From Candidatus Woesearchaeota archaeon (lineage in GTDB: Archaea; Nanobdellota; Nanobdellia; Woesearchaeales; UBA9642), in assembly GCA_038895475.1 (NCBI GenBank), contig JAWANI010000003.1, positions 1-60,443 of the forward strand: 60,443 bases of DNA, in the 5' to 3' direction. The first letter of the stretch is position 1; the number at the start of each line of letters is the position of its first letter. The translations under genes and the position numbers were made by a program. Of this stretch, positions 28,877 to 38,358 are shown in pieces. The notes under the pieces are model-generated. The model had not been told where the DNA came from and searched no databases. It saw nothing but the letters and a program-made list of their open reading frames with translations.

Positions 28877-29038
28877 ATGATTATAGTAATGTGTCCTAAA
28901 TGTTTTAAAAAACAAAAATACCTTCCACAAAAAGGATTGTTGTCTGAAAAATCAAAGAGATGTGTATACTGCGGACATACTTTTAAAATATATATCAATC
29001 CCTACAAAAACAGAATTTTAAAAATAGAAAAAAACTAA
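28877..29038 (+). CDS. Small zinc-ribbon protein (53 aa), not in the ORF track
   Basis: Hand translation: MIIVMCPKCFKKQKYLPQKGLLSEKSKRCVYCGHTFKIYINPYKNRILKIEKN, with CPxC...CxxC. Resembles small archaeal DUF1922-type zinc fingers (from memory). Confidence 0.45.
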   Translation: MIIVMCPKCFKKQKYLPQKGLLSEKSKRCVYCGHTFKIYINPYKNRILKIEKN

Positions 29039-29150
29039 AATAAACTTTTTCTAAAAAATTTACTAAAAAAGCACTCTGAATACTTTGTTTTTAAGCATAT
29101 TTTTCAACCAAAAAAGTTATAAACGAGGAACATTTCTAAAAACAGAGAAT

Positions 29151-31610
29151 ATGACAGAAAATATTGCTAAAAACGGGGAAAATGGTTCTTATAAAATAAT
29201 TAATCAGCCTATTGAAGATGAGATGAAAAAATCCTACTTAGATTATGCAATGTCTGTAATAGTTGGGAGGGCTTTGCCTGATGTTAGGGACGGACTAAAA
29301 CCTGTGCACAGAAGAATACTTTTTGCAATGAATGAACTTGGAAATACTTATAATAAGCCTTTTAAAAAATGTGCCAGAATAGTGGGAGAGGTTTTAGGTA
29401 AGTATCATCCTCATGGTGATGCAGCAGTATATGATTCCTTAGTTAGAATGGCACAAGATTTCTCATTGAGATATACACTAATACAAGGTCAGGGAAATTT
29501 TGGATCAATAGACGGTGATAATGCTGCAGCAATGAGGTATACTGAGGCGAGACTTTCAAAAATAAGCGATGAGCTTTTACAAGATATAGATAAAGAAACA
29601 GTAGAGTTTATACCGAATTTTGATGGTACTTTAAAAGAACCTGTTGTTCTACCTTCTAAATTTCCTAATTTATTGGTTAATGGGAGTTCAGGAATCGCTG
29701 TAGGAATGGCTACAAACATACCTCCACATAATTTGAAAGAATCTTGTGAAGCAGTTAAGGCATTAATAAATAATCCAGACATAAGTGTTGAAGAAATATT
29801 CGAAATATTAAAAGGTCCTGATTTTCCTACGGGTGCAGAAATATTAGGGAAAAAAGGAATTCTTGAAGCGTATAAAAATGGCAAAGGAATAATAAAAATA
29901 AGATCTGTAATAGATGTTGAGAAAAATAAAGATAAAACAAGACTTATAGTTAAAGAAATACCTTATCAAATAAATAAATCTAGTTTGGTAGAAAACATTG
30001 CAGAACTTGTTAGGGACAAAAAAATAAATGATATTTCTGATTTAAGAGATGAATCTGATAAAGAAGGCATAAGAATAGTAATAGAATTGAAAAAAGATGC
30101 AAATCCTGAAATTGTCAAAAATCTCCTATATACACATTCCAGACTACAAGATACTTTTGGAATAAACTTTGTTGCTTTAGTAAATAAGGAACCAAAATTA
30201 CTGAATATAAAAGAATATCTTAACAGTTACTTAAATCACAGGCTGATTATTGTCAGAAAAAGAACAGAGTATGATTTAAAAAAAGCAGAGGAAAGAGCAC
30301 ATATTCTTGAAGGTTTAAAGATTGCTCTAGAAAATATTGATGATGTGGTTTTTAAGATAAAAAACAGCAAATCAGCTGAGGAAGCTAAAACTGTTTTAAT
30401 AAAAAAATATTCTCTAACTGAGATTCAGGCTAATGCAATATTAGATATGAAACTTCAGAAACTTGCTGCACTAGAACAAGAAAAAATAAAGAATGAATAT
30501 GAAGAAATTAATGTTAAAATAAAAGATTACAAAAACATATTATCTTCTGAAGAAAAAATTTTAAGCATTATAAAAAACGAAATGGATGAAATTATAGAAA
30601 AATATTCAAAAAATGATTCTAGAAAAACAAAAATAGTTGAAATCGATGATGATGAAGATTTTGATATAGAAGACTTAATACCTAATGAGCCTGTTGTTAT
30701 AACAATAACTAATTCTGGATACATAAAAAGAATGCCTATTGAATATTATAAGACACAAAACAGAGGCGGAAAAGGGATAATTGCTTCAGACTTAAAAGAT
30801 GGAGATTTTATAGAACAGGTTTTTGTTGCAGAAACGCATTCATATTTGCTTATTATAACTAATAAAGGTGTGTTGCATTGGCTTAAAGTATATAAAATAC
30901 CTGATGCATCAAGACACTCATTAGGAAAAGCGATTGTAAATCTTTTAGAACTTGAAACTGATGAAAAAGTAAATGCAATAATTCCCATAAAAGATTTTGA
31001 TGATAAACATTATCTTATTATGATAACTAAAAAAGGGATTATCAAAAAAACAAATTTGATAGAATTTAGCAATCCGAGAAAGGGCGGCATAATTGCAATA
31101 AATATGGATGCAGAAAACGGGGATAAATTGATTGGTGCAAAACTTACAGATGGGACAAAAAATATTTTAATTGCCACAAAAAACGGACAGGCGGCATTAT
31201 TTGATGAACAAGATGTTAGACCGACAGGCAGACAATCACAAGGTGTAAGGGGTATAAAACTTGAAAATGATGATGAAGTTATAGGAATGATAATAGCTGA
31301 AAATGATAAACAAGTATTAACATTGACAGAAAACGGGTATGGAAAAAGAACACCAATATCCGAGTATAGATTAATCTCCAGGGGAGGTAAAGGTGTTAGA
31401 AATATAATTTGTTCAGAGAGAAACGGAAAAGTTGTTTCCATATTATCTGTAAAAGATGATGATGAAGTTTTGTTTATAAGCAAAAAAGGTTTAATTATAA
31501 GAACTGAATGTTCTCAAATAAGCTCTGTAGGGAGAAACACTCAAGGAGTAAGACTCATGAAACTTATTTCAGGGGATAAAGCTGTAAGCATGACTAAAAT
31601 AATGAAATAA
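29151..31610 (+). CDS. gyrA: DNA gyrase subunit A
   Basis: [28 protein letters not shown] (active-site Tyr), C-terminal beta-pinwheel repeats. I prefer the ATG at 29151 over the TTG at 29085. Confidence 0.95.
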   Translation: MTENIAKNGENGSYKIINQPIEDEMKKSYLDYAMSVIVGRALPDVRDGLKPVHRRILFAMNELGNTYNKPFKKCARIVGEVLGKYHPHGDAAVYDSLVRMAQDFSLRYTLIQGQGNFGSIDGDNAAAMRYTEARLSKISDELLQDIDKETVEFIPNFDGTLKEPVVLPSKFPNLLVNGSSGIAVGMATNIPPHNLKESCEAVKALINNPDISVEEIFEILKGPDFPTGAEILGKKGILEAYKNGKGIIKIRSVIDVEKNKDKTRLIVKEIPYQINKSSLVENIAELVRDKKINDISDLRDESDKEGIRIVIELKKDANPEIVKNLLYTHSRLQDTFGINFVALVNKEPKLLNIKEYLNSYLNHRLIIVRKRTEYDLKKAEERAHILEGLKIALENIDDVVFKIKNSKSAEEAKTVLIKKYSLTEIQANAILDMKLQKLAALEQEKIKNEYEEINVKIKDYKNILSSEEKILSIIKNEMDEIIEKYSKNDSRKTKIVEIDDDEDFDIEDLIPNEPVVITITNSGYIKRMPIEYYKTQNRGGKGIIASDLKDGDFIEQVFVAETHSYLLIITNKGVLHWLKVYKIPDASRHSLGKAIVNLLELETDEKVNAIIPIKDFDDKHYLIMITKKGIIKKTNLIEFSNPRKGGIIAINMDAENGDKLIGAKLTDGTKNILIATKNGQAALFDEQDVRPTGRQSQGVRGIKLENDDEVIGMIIAENDKQVLTLTENGYGKRTPISEYRLISRGGKGVRNIICSERNGKVVSILSVKDDDEVLFISKKGLIIRTECSQISSVGRNTQGVRLMKLISGDKAVSMTKIMK

Positions 31611-31617
31611 TTTTACA

Positions 31618-33123
31618 ATGAATAACACTCAAATAAAAAAAGAATTGAATAGATTAAAAGAAATTGATAAAGAAATAAGCATTCTTAACAGTGCTGCAAA
31701 TTTATTATGGTGGGATAGGGCCACTTTGATGCCTGCAAAGGCTGCAGAAGAGAGAGCAGAACAAATATCATTCATTGCAGTACTAATACATGAAAAAACA
31801 ACTTCTAAAGAGCTTAACAGAATAATTTTAAATTTGTCTAAAAACATTACAAAACTCAATAATATAGAAAAGGCAATTGTTACAAATTATTCGTGGAAAT
31901 TGTCAAGAATAAACAAACTTCCTAAAAAATATGTATCAGAATTATTCAAGATAACTGGTTTGGCACAACATTATTGGGAGATTGCTAAAAAGAATAATGA
32001 CTTCAAACTTTTTGAACCCTATCTAGAAAAAATATTTGAACTGAAAAAGAAAGAAGCCAAATATATTGATCCAAAAAAACACCCCTATGAAGTATTGCTT
32101 CAGGATTATGAGCGGGGAATAACACTGAAAATTCTTGATGAAACATTCAACAAATTAAAAAACGAACTCAAAATAATTATTGAAAAGGTAAAAAAATCGT
32201 CAAAATATGGCAAAGAATTCAATATAAATGCATTTACACTGCCTAAGGAAATACAAAAGATAACATGTCAAGAAATATCTACAATGATACTTGATGATAA
32301 TGAAAGATTTCTTATAGCAGAATCTAGACATCCATTTATGACAAAGATAAGTCCTAATGATTTAAGAATAACAACTTCTTTCAGAAATCCTTTATTTTCA
32401 TTTCTGTCTACAGCTCATGAGTCAGGACATGCCCTGTATGAATCACAATTCGGCAAAGAATTAAAATATACCATACTTTATGATGCCCCAAGTTTAGGGA
32501 TACATGAATCCCAATCAAGACTTTGGGAGAATCAAATAGTTAGAAGCATAAATTTTTGGAGGTTTTACTATCCTAAATACAAAAAGTATTTTCCTCAACT
32601 GAAAAATGTTAGTTTAGAAAAATTTTATGAATCGATAAACATCGTCAGGCCTTCATTAATAAGGATAGAGTCTGATGAATTAACTTATAATATACACATA
32701 ATAATAAGGTATGAGATAGAAAAAGAAGTTTTGGAAGGAAAATTAAAAGTAAAAGACATTCCTAAAGTATGGAATTTTAAGTATAAAGAGTATCTGGGTA
32801 TAGAACCGAAAACATATTCAGAGGGTTTGCTACAAGATGTGCATTGGTCGCAAGGCAGCATAGCATATTTTCCTACATATAGCTTAGGCACAATATATTC
32901 TGCGATGATTTATGAACAAATGTTAAAGGAAAACACTAAATTAGAAAACGAGATAAGTAATGGAAATTTTAACTTCATAAAAAATTGGCTTAAAGAAAAA
33001 ATCCATAAACATGGTTCAAAACTAACAACTCTAGAGATTATTAATGGAGCGTGCAAAAAAGATGTTGATATATTGCCTTTAATAAATTATTATAAGAAAA
33101 AATTTTATGGGATATATCTCTAA
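31618..33123 (+). CDS. Carboxypeptidase Taq-like (M32 metallocarboxypeptidase)
   Basis: HESGHALYE zinc motif, GIHESQSRLWEN, and about 500 aa. Confidence 0.9.
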   Translation: MNNTQIKKELNRLKEIDKEISILNSAANLLWWDRATLMPAKAAEERAEQISFIAVLIHEKTTSKELNRIILNLSKNITKLNNIEKAIVTNYSWKLSRINKLPKKYVSELFKITGLAQHYWEIAKKNNDFKLFEPYLEKIFELKKKEAKYIDPKKHPYEVLLQDYERGITLKILDETFNKLKNELKIIIEKVKKSSKYGKEFNINAFTLPKEIQKITCQEISTMILDDNERFLIAESRHPFMTKISPNDLRITTSFRNPLFSFLSTAHESGHALYESQFGKELKYTILYDAPSLGIHESQSRLWENQIVRSINFWRFYYPKYKKYFPQLKNVSLEKFYESINIVRPSLIRIESDELTYNIHIIIRYEIEKEVLEGKLKVKDIPKVWNFKYKEYLGIEPKTYSEGLLQDVHWSQGSIAYFPTYSLGTIYSAMIYEQMLKENTKLENEISNGNFNFIKNWLKEKIHKHGSKLTTLEIINGACKKDVDILPLINYYKKKFYGIYL

Positions 33124-33174
33124 ATATAAAAGATAATTCTTTGAAAGAACAAAATTTAGTGGCTTAAAAATTAT

Positions 33175-33548
33175 TTAACAATTGCCGATATGGATGAATC
33201 ATTATTGTCCCGTTCATAAAAATTCATCCTATAAGCAGTATTTACTCGTAAAAACTGTGGAAGGACGGTTTTTGAAATTGCTATTCACCTCAATTTCCCG
33301 AGTCGAAAATAACAAACAATTAGTTATATTTTAAATATTAAACATAATAATTTTCATAGCAATTTCAGTTCCCAATCCTATTATGCCCACTACCAAAGCG
33401 AGTTTACTACTTATTTTTCCTATACTGCACTGTTAGATGCAAAATATAGGTGGACTCATTTTTTGAACTAACTTTATTCTCTCCTTATGCACTTTTGTGC
33501 GGATTGAATTATGATTCACCTCCGAAATCCTCCATCGGCAATTGTTAA
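33175..33548. repeat. Inverted-repeat-bounded 374-bp non-coding unit (MITE-like or closing helix of a structured RNA)
   Basis: TTAACAATTGCCGAT at 33175-33189 is the perfect reverse complement of 33534-33548. The pairing extends imperfectly (GGA, then TGAATCAT/ATGATTCA). No ORF of 60 aa or more. TA or TTAA lies at both ends. Confidence 0.45.
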
Positions 33549-33571
33549 TATGTATTCTTTGCCCTTTGTCA

Positions 33572-33638
33572 CAATCCCCATTGACGTGACTATTAGTTTC
33601 CCTCTAAGCCAGGGGCTCAGAGGGGGAGTTAAGGATTG
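33572..33638 (+). other. GC-rich compound hairpin followed by oligo-T runs
   Basis: Upper stem CCCTCT-A-AGCC/GGCT-C-AGAGGG (33600-33624), lower stem CAATCC/GGATTG (33572-77 / 33633-38). T5, T6 and T5 runs at 33654-33680. Confidence 0.35.
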
Positions 33639-33775
33639 CGTTTGAGTATGATATTTTTAGATTTTTTACAAAGTTTTTGTTGAATTGTTATTAAACCCAA
33701 CAAGATCAAACGATTGTTGATAGGATTTAAGATTATCTTTAAAGGAACTGCGTTTTGCTTCAAAGTTTAAATAAA

Positions 33776-33813
33776 CCTTCCTCTTTTGTCCAAAAGTATT
33801 TGGACTTTGAAGG
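33776..33813 (-). terminator. Hairpin downstream of the channel gene (possible terminator)
   Basis: CCTTC...GTCCAAA-agta-TTTGGAC...GAAGG, about 30 nt after the minus-strand stop at 33843, followed on the minus strand by T-rich sequence. Confidence 0.3.
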
Positions 33814-33842
33814 GTTGAAATCGTCTTAAATGTGCTTACATT

Positions 33843-34589
33843 TTACAACGATTTCTGCAATTCCTCAATAGTCCTATCCAAGTCTTCTAACTTCTCTCCA
33901 ACAATCTTGTATAATTGGTCTTGAGGCGTTGTTTTTTCAAAATACTCTTTTAGTAGTTGATTAGATTTTTTTGCTTCTAAGATTGTTGTTGTTATTGACT
34001 CTTTTTTCCAACCTGTTTTTTTCTTGTTGAATTCTTTTAACAATTCAACAAACTTTGACAAGGAGTTATTTATGCTTGCTGTCAATAATGATAATTCCAT
34101 TACTGACGTTTGGGGGTTATTTGTTTTTGTCTGATTTAATGATTTTAAGGAATTACCTATTAATAAGCTAAAATATTCAATATCCTCTGCATTTATTTTT
34201 TTGTAACCTTTTTCTGTTATTTGGTTTCTAAGTATGTACAGTTCTGTTATTGTTTTCTGTATTGTTTCTTCAAAATTTAGGGTATCTATTTTTTCTATAA
34301 TTTCATCCTGTTTTATTGACACTATTTTACCTATTATTAATCCCAAAATAAATATGCTGATTGTTGCCTCAAATATTACAAGCACCTTTTCAGTTAGTGT
34401 TGTAAAGGCGCCATTTCCTAATGTTAGGGCAGTGGTAAAGCTTAAATAAAATGCGTTGATTATGTTTTCGATGAATGTTTTTTGTGTTGTTTGTAAAAAA
34501 AGATATATTATTCCAAAAACGGTTATGTTTAAAAGCCAACAAAGTGTTAGCTCTTTGAATGTGAGTTTTTCAAATACATGAATCTTCAT
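33843..34589 (-). CDS. Two-TM pore-loop ion channel (K+-channel-like) with cytoplasmic coiled-coil tail
   Basis: TM, pore helix, then FTTALTLGNGAF filter-like segment, a second TM and about 150 aa of helical tail. Confidence 0.55.
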   Translation of the reverse strand: MKIHVFEKLTFKELTLCWLLNITVFGIIYLFLQTTQKTFIENIINAFYLSFTTALTLGNGAFTTLTEKVLVIFEATISIFILGLIIGKIVSIKQDEIIEKIDTLNFEETIQKTITELYILRNQITEKGYKKINAEDIEYFSLLIGNSLKSLNQTKTNNPQTSVMELSLLTASINNSLSKFVELLKEFNKKKTGWKKESITTTILEAKKSNQLLKEYFEKTTPQDQLYKIVGEKLEDLDRTIEELQKSL

Positions 34590-34762
34590 TTTCGTTATGG
34601 ATGTTTCGTATTAATAAAAAGTATTGGGTATAAAGGTATACGCTTTTGTATACCAATATCTAATTTAATGATATAACTTATATTTAAATATTTCGTTTTG
34701 TGCTCAAAATATATATAAAAAGAGTCATAAAGTTTAAAAAAAAGACCCATTTCTTAGAGAAA

Positions 34763-35827
34763 ATGTTAAACAAATATGCTAGGGAAGAATTAGAAAGACA
34801 GCAATATAGAATAATAGGAGAACATTCAGCAGTAAAAACATGTGGCTGGACAAAAAACATGATAAAAGGCAAAGGTGGATGCTATAAACTAAAATTCTAT
34901 GGAATAATGAGTAATCAATGCATGCAAATGACTACAAGCATAAGCTGTGCAAACAGGTGTACATTCTGCTGGAGAGGATATAAAGCACCAGTAAGCAAAG
35001 AATGGAAATGGAATGTTGATGAACCAAAAATGATATTTAAAGAAAGCATAAAAGCACATCATAAACTACTAGAAGGATATGGTGGAATGCCTGAGGCAAA
35101 AAAAAGTTATGAAAAATCAAAAACAGTAAAACATGTTGCATTATCATTAACGGGAGAACCAATAATATATCCAAGAATAAATGAATTATTAGAGGAATTT
35201 AATAAAAATAATATAAGTACATTCCTAGTGACAAATGCACAATACCCAGAAGCAATAAAAAACCTAAATCCAATAACACAATTATACATAAGCATAGATG
35301 CACCAAACAAAGAATTACTAAAAGAAGTAGATCTTCCATTATTTGAAGACTATTGGGAAAGACTCATAAAAAGCCTAGAATATTTATCAAAAAAAGAACA
35401 AAGAACATGTGTAAGATTGACAATAATAAAATCAATAAATGATAAACAACCGGAAAAATATGCAGAATTAATACATATTGGAAATCCTGATTTTATTGAA
35501 GTAAAAGCATACATGCATATAGGTGCAAGCAGATTAAGACTAAAAAGGGAAAACATGCCGACACATGAAGAAATTATTTACTTTACAAAAGAATTAAAAA
35601 AATTCCTTCCAGAATATGAAATAGTTTCAGATCACAAACCATCAAGAGTGGTAATGTTGGCTAAAAAGAAATTTAAAATAAATGGAAACTGGCATACCTG
35701 GATAGATTTTAAAAAATGGAATGAACTAATAAATTCTGAAAAAACACCAAAAACAATGGATTATATAAAGAAAAATCCTGAATACACACAAGCAGAAGAA
35801 AAACAAGAAGAAATAACGCTGGAATAA
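34763..35827 (+). CDS. taw1: tRNA 4-demethylwyosine synthase Taw1/TYW1 (radical SAM)
   Basis: GEHSAVKTCGWTK, CANRCTFCWR cluster motif, archaeal Taw1 length. I prefer the ATG at 34763. Confidence 0.85.
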   Translation: MLNKYAREELERQQYRIIGEHSAVKTCGWTKNMIKGKGGCYKLKFYGIMSNQCMQMTTSISCANRCTFCWRGYKAPVSKEWKWNVDEPKMIFKESIKAHHKLLEGYGGMPEAKKSYEKSKTVKHVALSLTGEPIIYPRINELLEEFNKNNISTFLVTNAQYPEAIKNLNPITQLYISIDAPNKELLKEVDLPLFEDYWERLIKSLEYLSKKEQRTCVRLTIIKSINDKQPEKYAELIHIGNPDFIEVKAYMHIGASRLRLKRENMPTHEEIIYFTKELKKFLPEYEIVSDHKPSRVVMLAKKKFKINGNWHTWIDFKKWNELINSEKTPKTMDYIKKNPEYTQAEEKQEEITLE

Positions 35828-35854
35828 GAAATAATTAATCTCTATTTGCTATAA

Positions 35855-36235
35855 TTATTCTGCAACAAGTTTGTCAATACAGCCTGTTTTTTCTGCCAAA
35901 AAATATAGGCTTTGAGTTCCAGGATATAAAGAATTGTTTATAATCCAGGTTGGATAACCTTCAATGCCTGCATTTATGCATTCATTCTTGTACTTGTCAC
36001 AATCGATATATTTTATTAGTTTAAAAGAACTGCCAAATAATTGTTTTTGGTTTTTGCAATGGGGACACCATTCTGTTCCGTACATTTTTGCTCCTGAACT
36101 AGTAATACATGATGCTAATTCATCTAAATTTTTATTCTCCTCTACAGGAGTGCTGCATGCTGCTAAAAATAGCAATATAAATAATAAAAAGAGTGCTGAT
36201 TTATTATTTAGTTTGTTAGATAAATTGTTTTTCAT
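35855..36235 (-). CDS. Secreted thioredoxin-fold lipoprotein (VKOR-associated Trx-like type)
   Basis: Lipobox-like LAACS, WCPHCKNQKQLFG active site, additional Cys pair, GYPTW motif. Confidence 0.65.
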   Translation of the reverse strand: MKNNLSNKLNNKSALFLLFILLFLAACSTPVEENKNLDELASCITSSGAKMYGTEWCPHCKNQKQLFGSSFKLIKYIDCDKYKNECINAGIEGYPTWIINNSLYPGTQSLYFLAEKTGCIDKLVAE

Positions 36236-36238
36236 ATT

Positions 36239-36778
36239 TTATTTTTTCTTCAAATGAGTGTTTTTCTTATAATTTTCTATTCCTTTTAATACTAGTTTTC
36301 TTGCTATTACGCTGTTTTTCATGTCTAATACTTTTACTTTTTTGTTTTGAAGCTGCTTATATGTTTCAAAGAAATGTTTTATTTCAGCAACCAAATGTTC
36401 AGGAACATCAGAAATATCCATATATTTAGAAAATCTTGGATCCCCTGCATGTACTGCAATTATCTTGTCATCTTGTTCATCATTGTCTATTACATGAATC
36501 ACACCTATAGGTCTTGCCTTGACAATTGTTAAAGGATATACGGGATAATTTGATAATATTAATATATCTAACGGATCATTATCGCTCCAGTATGTTCTTG
36601 GAATAAAACCATAATCTCCGGGATAATGTACTGCACTATATAATACCCTGTCTAATTTTATTAATCCTGTTTTTTTGTCTAATTCATATTTTAATGTAGA
36701 ATTTTTAGGAACTTCTATTATCGCATTAACCTCTTCCGGAGCATCTTCTCCATAATGAACATCATGCCAAGGATTCAT
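36239..36778 (-). CDS. ppa: Inorganic pyrophosphatase, family I
   Basis: EVPKNSTLKYELDK, DYGFIP and DNDPLDILIL signatures. Confidence 0.95.
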   Translation of the reverse strand: MNPWHDVHYGEDAPEEVNAIIEVPKNSTLKYELDKKTGLIKLDRVLYSAVHYPGDYGFIPRTYWSDNDPLDILILSNYPVYPLTIVKARPIGVIHVIDNDEQDDKIIAVHAGDPRFSKYMDISDVPEHLVAEIKHFFETYKQLQNKKVKVLDMKNSVIARKLVLKGIENYKKNTHLKKK

Positions 36779-36864
36779 AATACGGGAAAAAATAAGTAAT
36801 ATTTAATGTTTTTTATTTTAAGAATAACAATAAAACTTTTAAATAATTATATAATAACTTTAAT

Positions 36865-38358
36865 ATGAAAAATAAAGATATAAATGGCAGTGAATTTGAT
36901 GACAAAAATGCCGCAAAAAAAGATATTGGTATAACTGTTGGCAAGAATGAAGATTTTAGTGAGTGGTATCAGCAAGCAATTTTAAAAGCTGAACTAATAG
37001 AATATGGCCCTGTTTCTGGCTGTATGATTATTAGACCTTATGCATATGCTATTTGGGAGAATATTCAAGAATATTTTAATGAAAAAATAAAAGCAATGGG
37101 CGTAAAAAATGCTTATTTTCCATTATTTATACCTGAAAGTTTATTTAGCAAGGAAAAAGAACATGTTGAGGGATTTTCCCCGGAAGTTGCATGGGTTACT
37201 CAGGGAGGTTCATCTGAACTGCCTGAAAAACTTGGCATAAGACCTACTTCTGAAACAATAATGTATGATGCATATTCCAAATGGATAAGATCCTGGAGGG
37301 ATTTACCGTTAAAAATAAATCAGTGGTGCAATGTTGTTAGATGGGAATTCAAGCACCCTGTACCTTTTCTCAGAACAAGAGAATTTCTGTGGCAGGAGGG
37401 ACATACTGTTTTTGAAACAAGAGAAGAGGCAGAAAAAGAGGTTTTAGACATTTTGTTCTTGTACAAAAAAATTTTCGAGGAGATTTATGCAGTTCCTGTT
37501 CTTGAGGGAATAAAATCTGAAAATGAAAAGTTTGCCGGTGCAGTTTATACTTTAAGTGTTGAAACTGTTTTTCCTAATGGAAAAGCAATACAGGGTGCAA
37601 CATCACATTTTTTAGGACAAAACTTTTCAAAATCATTTAATATTTTTTTCTTAAATAAAAATGGCGAAAAAGAATTTGCCTGGCAAAATTCTTGGGGCAT
37701 AAGCACCAGAAGCATAGGAATTATGCTTGCAATACATGGAGATGACAAAGGGATAATTATGCCTCCAAAAATTGCACCAATACATATAGTTATAGTTCCT
37801 ATTTTATTTGATGACAATGAAGAAATTCTTTTGAAATGCGATGAATTGAAAAAAGAACTCTCCAAAATAACATTTAATGGAAAAAAACTAAACATTATTG
37901 TTGATGACAGAAACTACACTCCCGGATATAAGTATAATCACTGGGAACTCAGGGGTGTTCCGTTAAGGATAGAAATTGGACCAAAAGAATTGAAAAATAA
38001 CAGCATATTTATTGTAAGAAGAGATACTGGAGAAAAAATTGTTTTAAATAAAAATATAGATGAAAACATTAAAAAAGTATTAGAGGACATACAATCAAAA
38101 TTGTTTGAAAAAGCCAAAGAAAACCTTAACAATTCAATAATAACCACTGCAGATTTTGATGTTTTCAAAAAGAGTGTTGATGAGAAAAAAATTGTCTTTG
38201 CACCATTCTGCAATAATCCGGAATGTGAAAAAAACATTAAAGAAATAACTGGTGCAAAAACATTAAATGCCCCTATTGTTCAGGATTTCGAAAAAAGTAA
38301 TTGTGTTGCTTGCGGAGCATATGCAGAAAAGTGGTTTTATTTCGGAAAAAGCTACTAA
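36865..38358 (+). CDS. proS: Prolyl-tRNA synthetase, archaeal/eukaryotic type
   Basis: FSEWYQQAILKAELIEYGPVSGCMIIRP start, class II motifs, C-terminal zinc-binding domain ending ...WFYFGKSY. Confidence 0.95.
   Translation: MKNKDINGSEFDDKNAAKKDIGITVGKNEDFSEWYQQAILKAELIEYGPVSGCMIIRPYAYAIWENIQEYFNEKIKAMGVKNAYFPLFIPESLFSKEKEHVEGFSPEVAWVTQGGSSELPEKLGIRPTSETIMYDAYSKWIRSWRDLPLKINQWCNVVRWEFKHPVPFLRTREFLWQEGHTVFETREEAEKEVLDILFLYKKIFEEIYAVPVLEGIKSENEKFAGAVYTLSVETVFPNGKAIQGATSHFLGQNFSKSFNIFFLNKNGEKEFAWQNSWGISTRSIGIMLAIHGDDKGIIMPPKIAPIHIVIVPILFDDNEEILLKCDELKKELSKITFNGKKLNIIVDDRNYTPGYKYNHWELRGVPLRIEIGPKELKNNSIFIVRRDTGEKIVLNKNIDENIKKVLEDIQSKLFEKAKENLNNSIITTADFDVFKKSVDEKKIVFAPFCNNPECEKNIKEITGAKTLNAPIVQDFEKSNCVACGAYAEKWFYFGKSY

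Noticed and set aside
33175-33548. Replication origin (inverted repeats flanking an AT-rich core, with CTGTGGAAGG resembling an ORB core).
   Set aside because: No orc1/cdc6 gene is nearby, there is only one ORB-like string, and it has no inverted partner.
33572-33650. H/ACA guide sRNA interpretation of the compound hairpin (minus strand has GGAUUG-UG-ACA).
   Set aside because: The 3' side of the internal loop is 22 nt, which places the ACA far more than the required 14-16 nt from the pocket. No K-turn or K-loop is evident.
33124-33842. RNase P RNA or SRP RNA hidden in the GC-enriched intergenic block. I noticed AAAGUCC and CUGGCUUA on the minus strand, and GUGGAAGGACGG and GCCAGG on the plus strand.
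   Set aside because: The near-invariant elements are absent: GAGGAAAGUCC and ACAGAA-N-CCGGCUUA for RNase P, and the CAGG-YC-GGAA-R-GG-AGCA helix 8 motif for SRP. The partial matches are each already sequestered in local hairpins. A covariance-model scan is needed before any such call.
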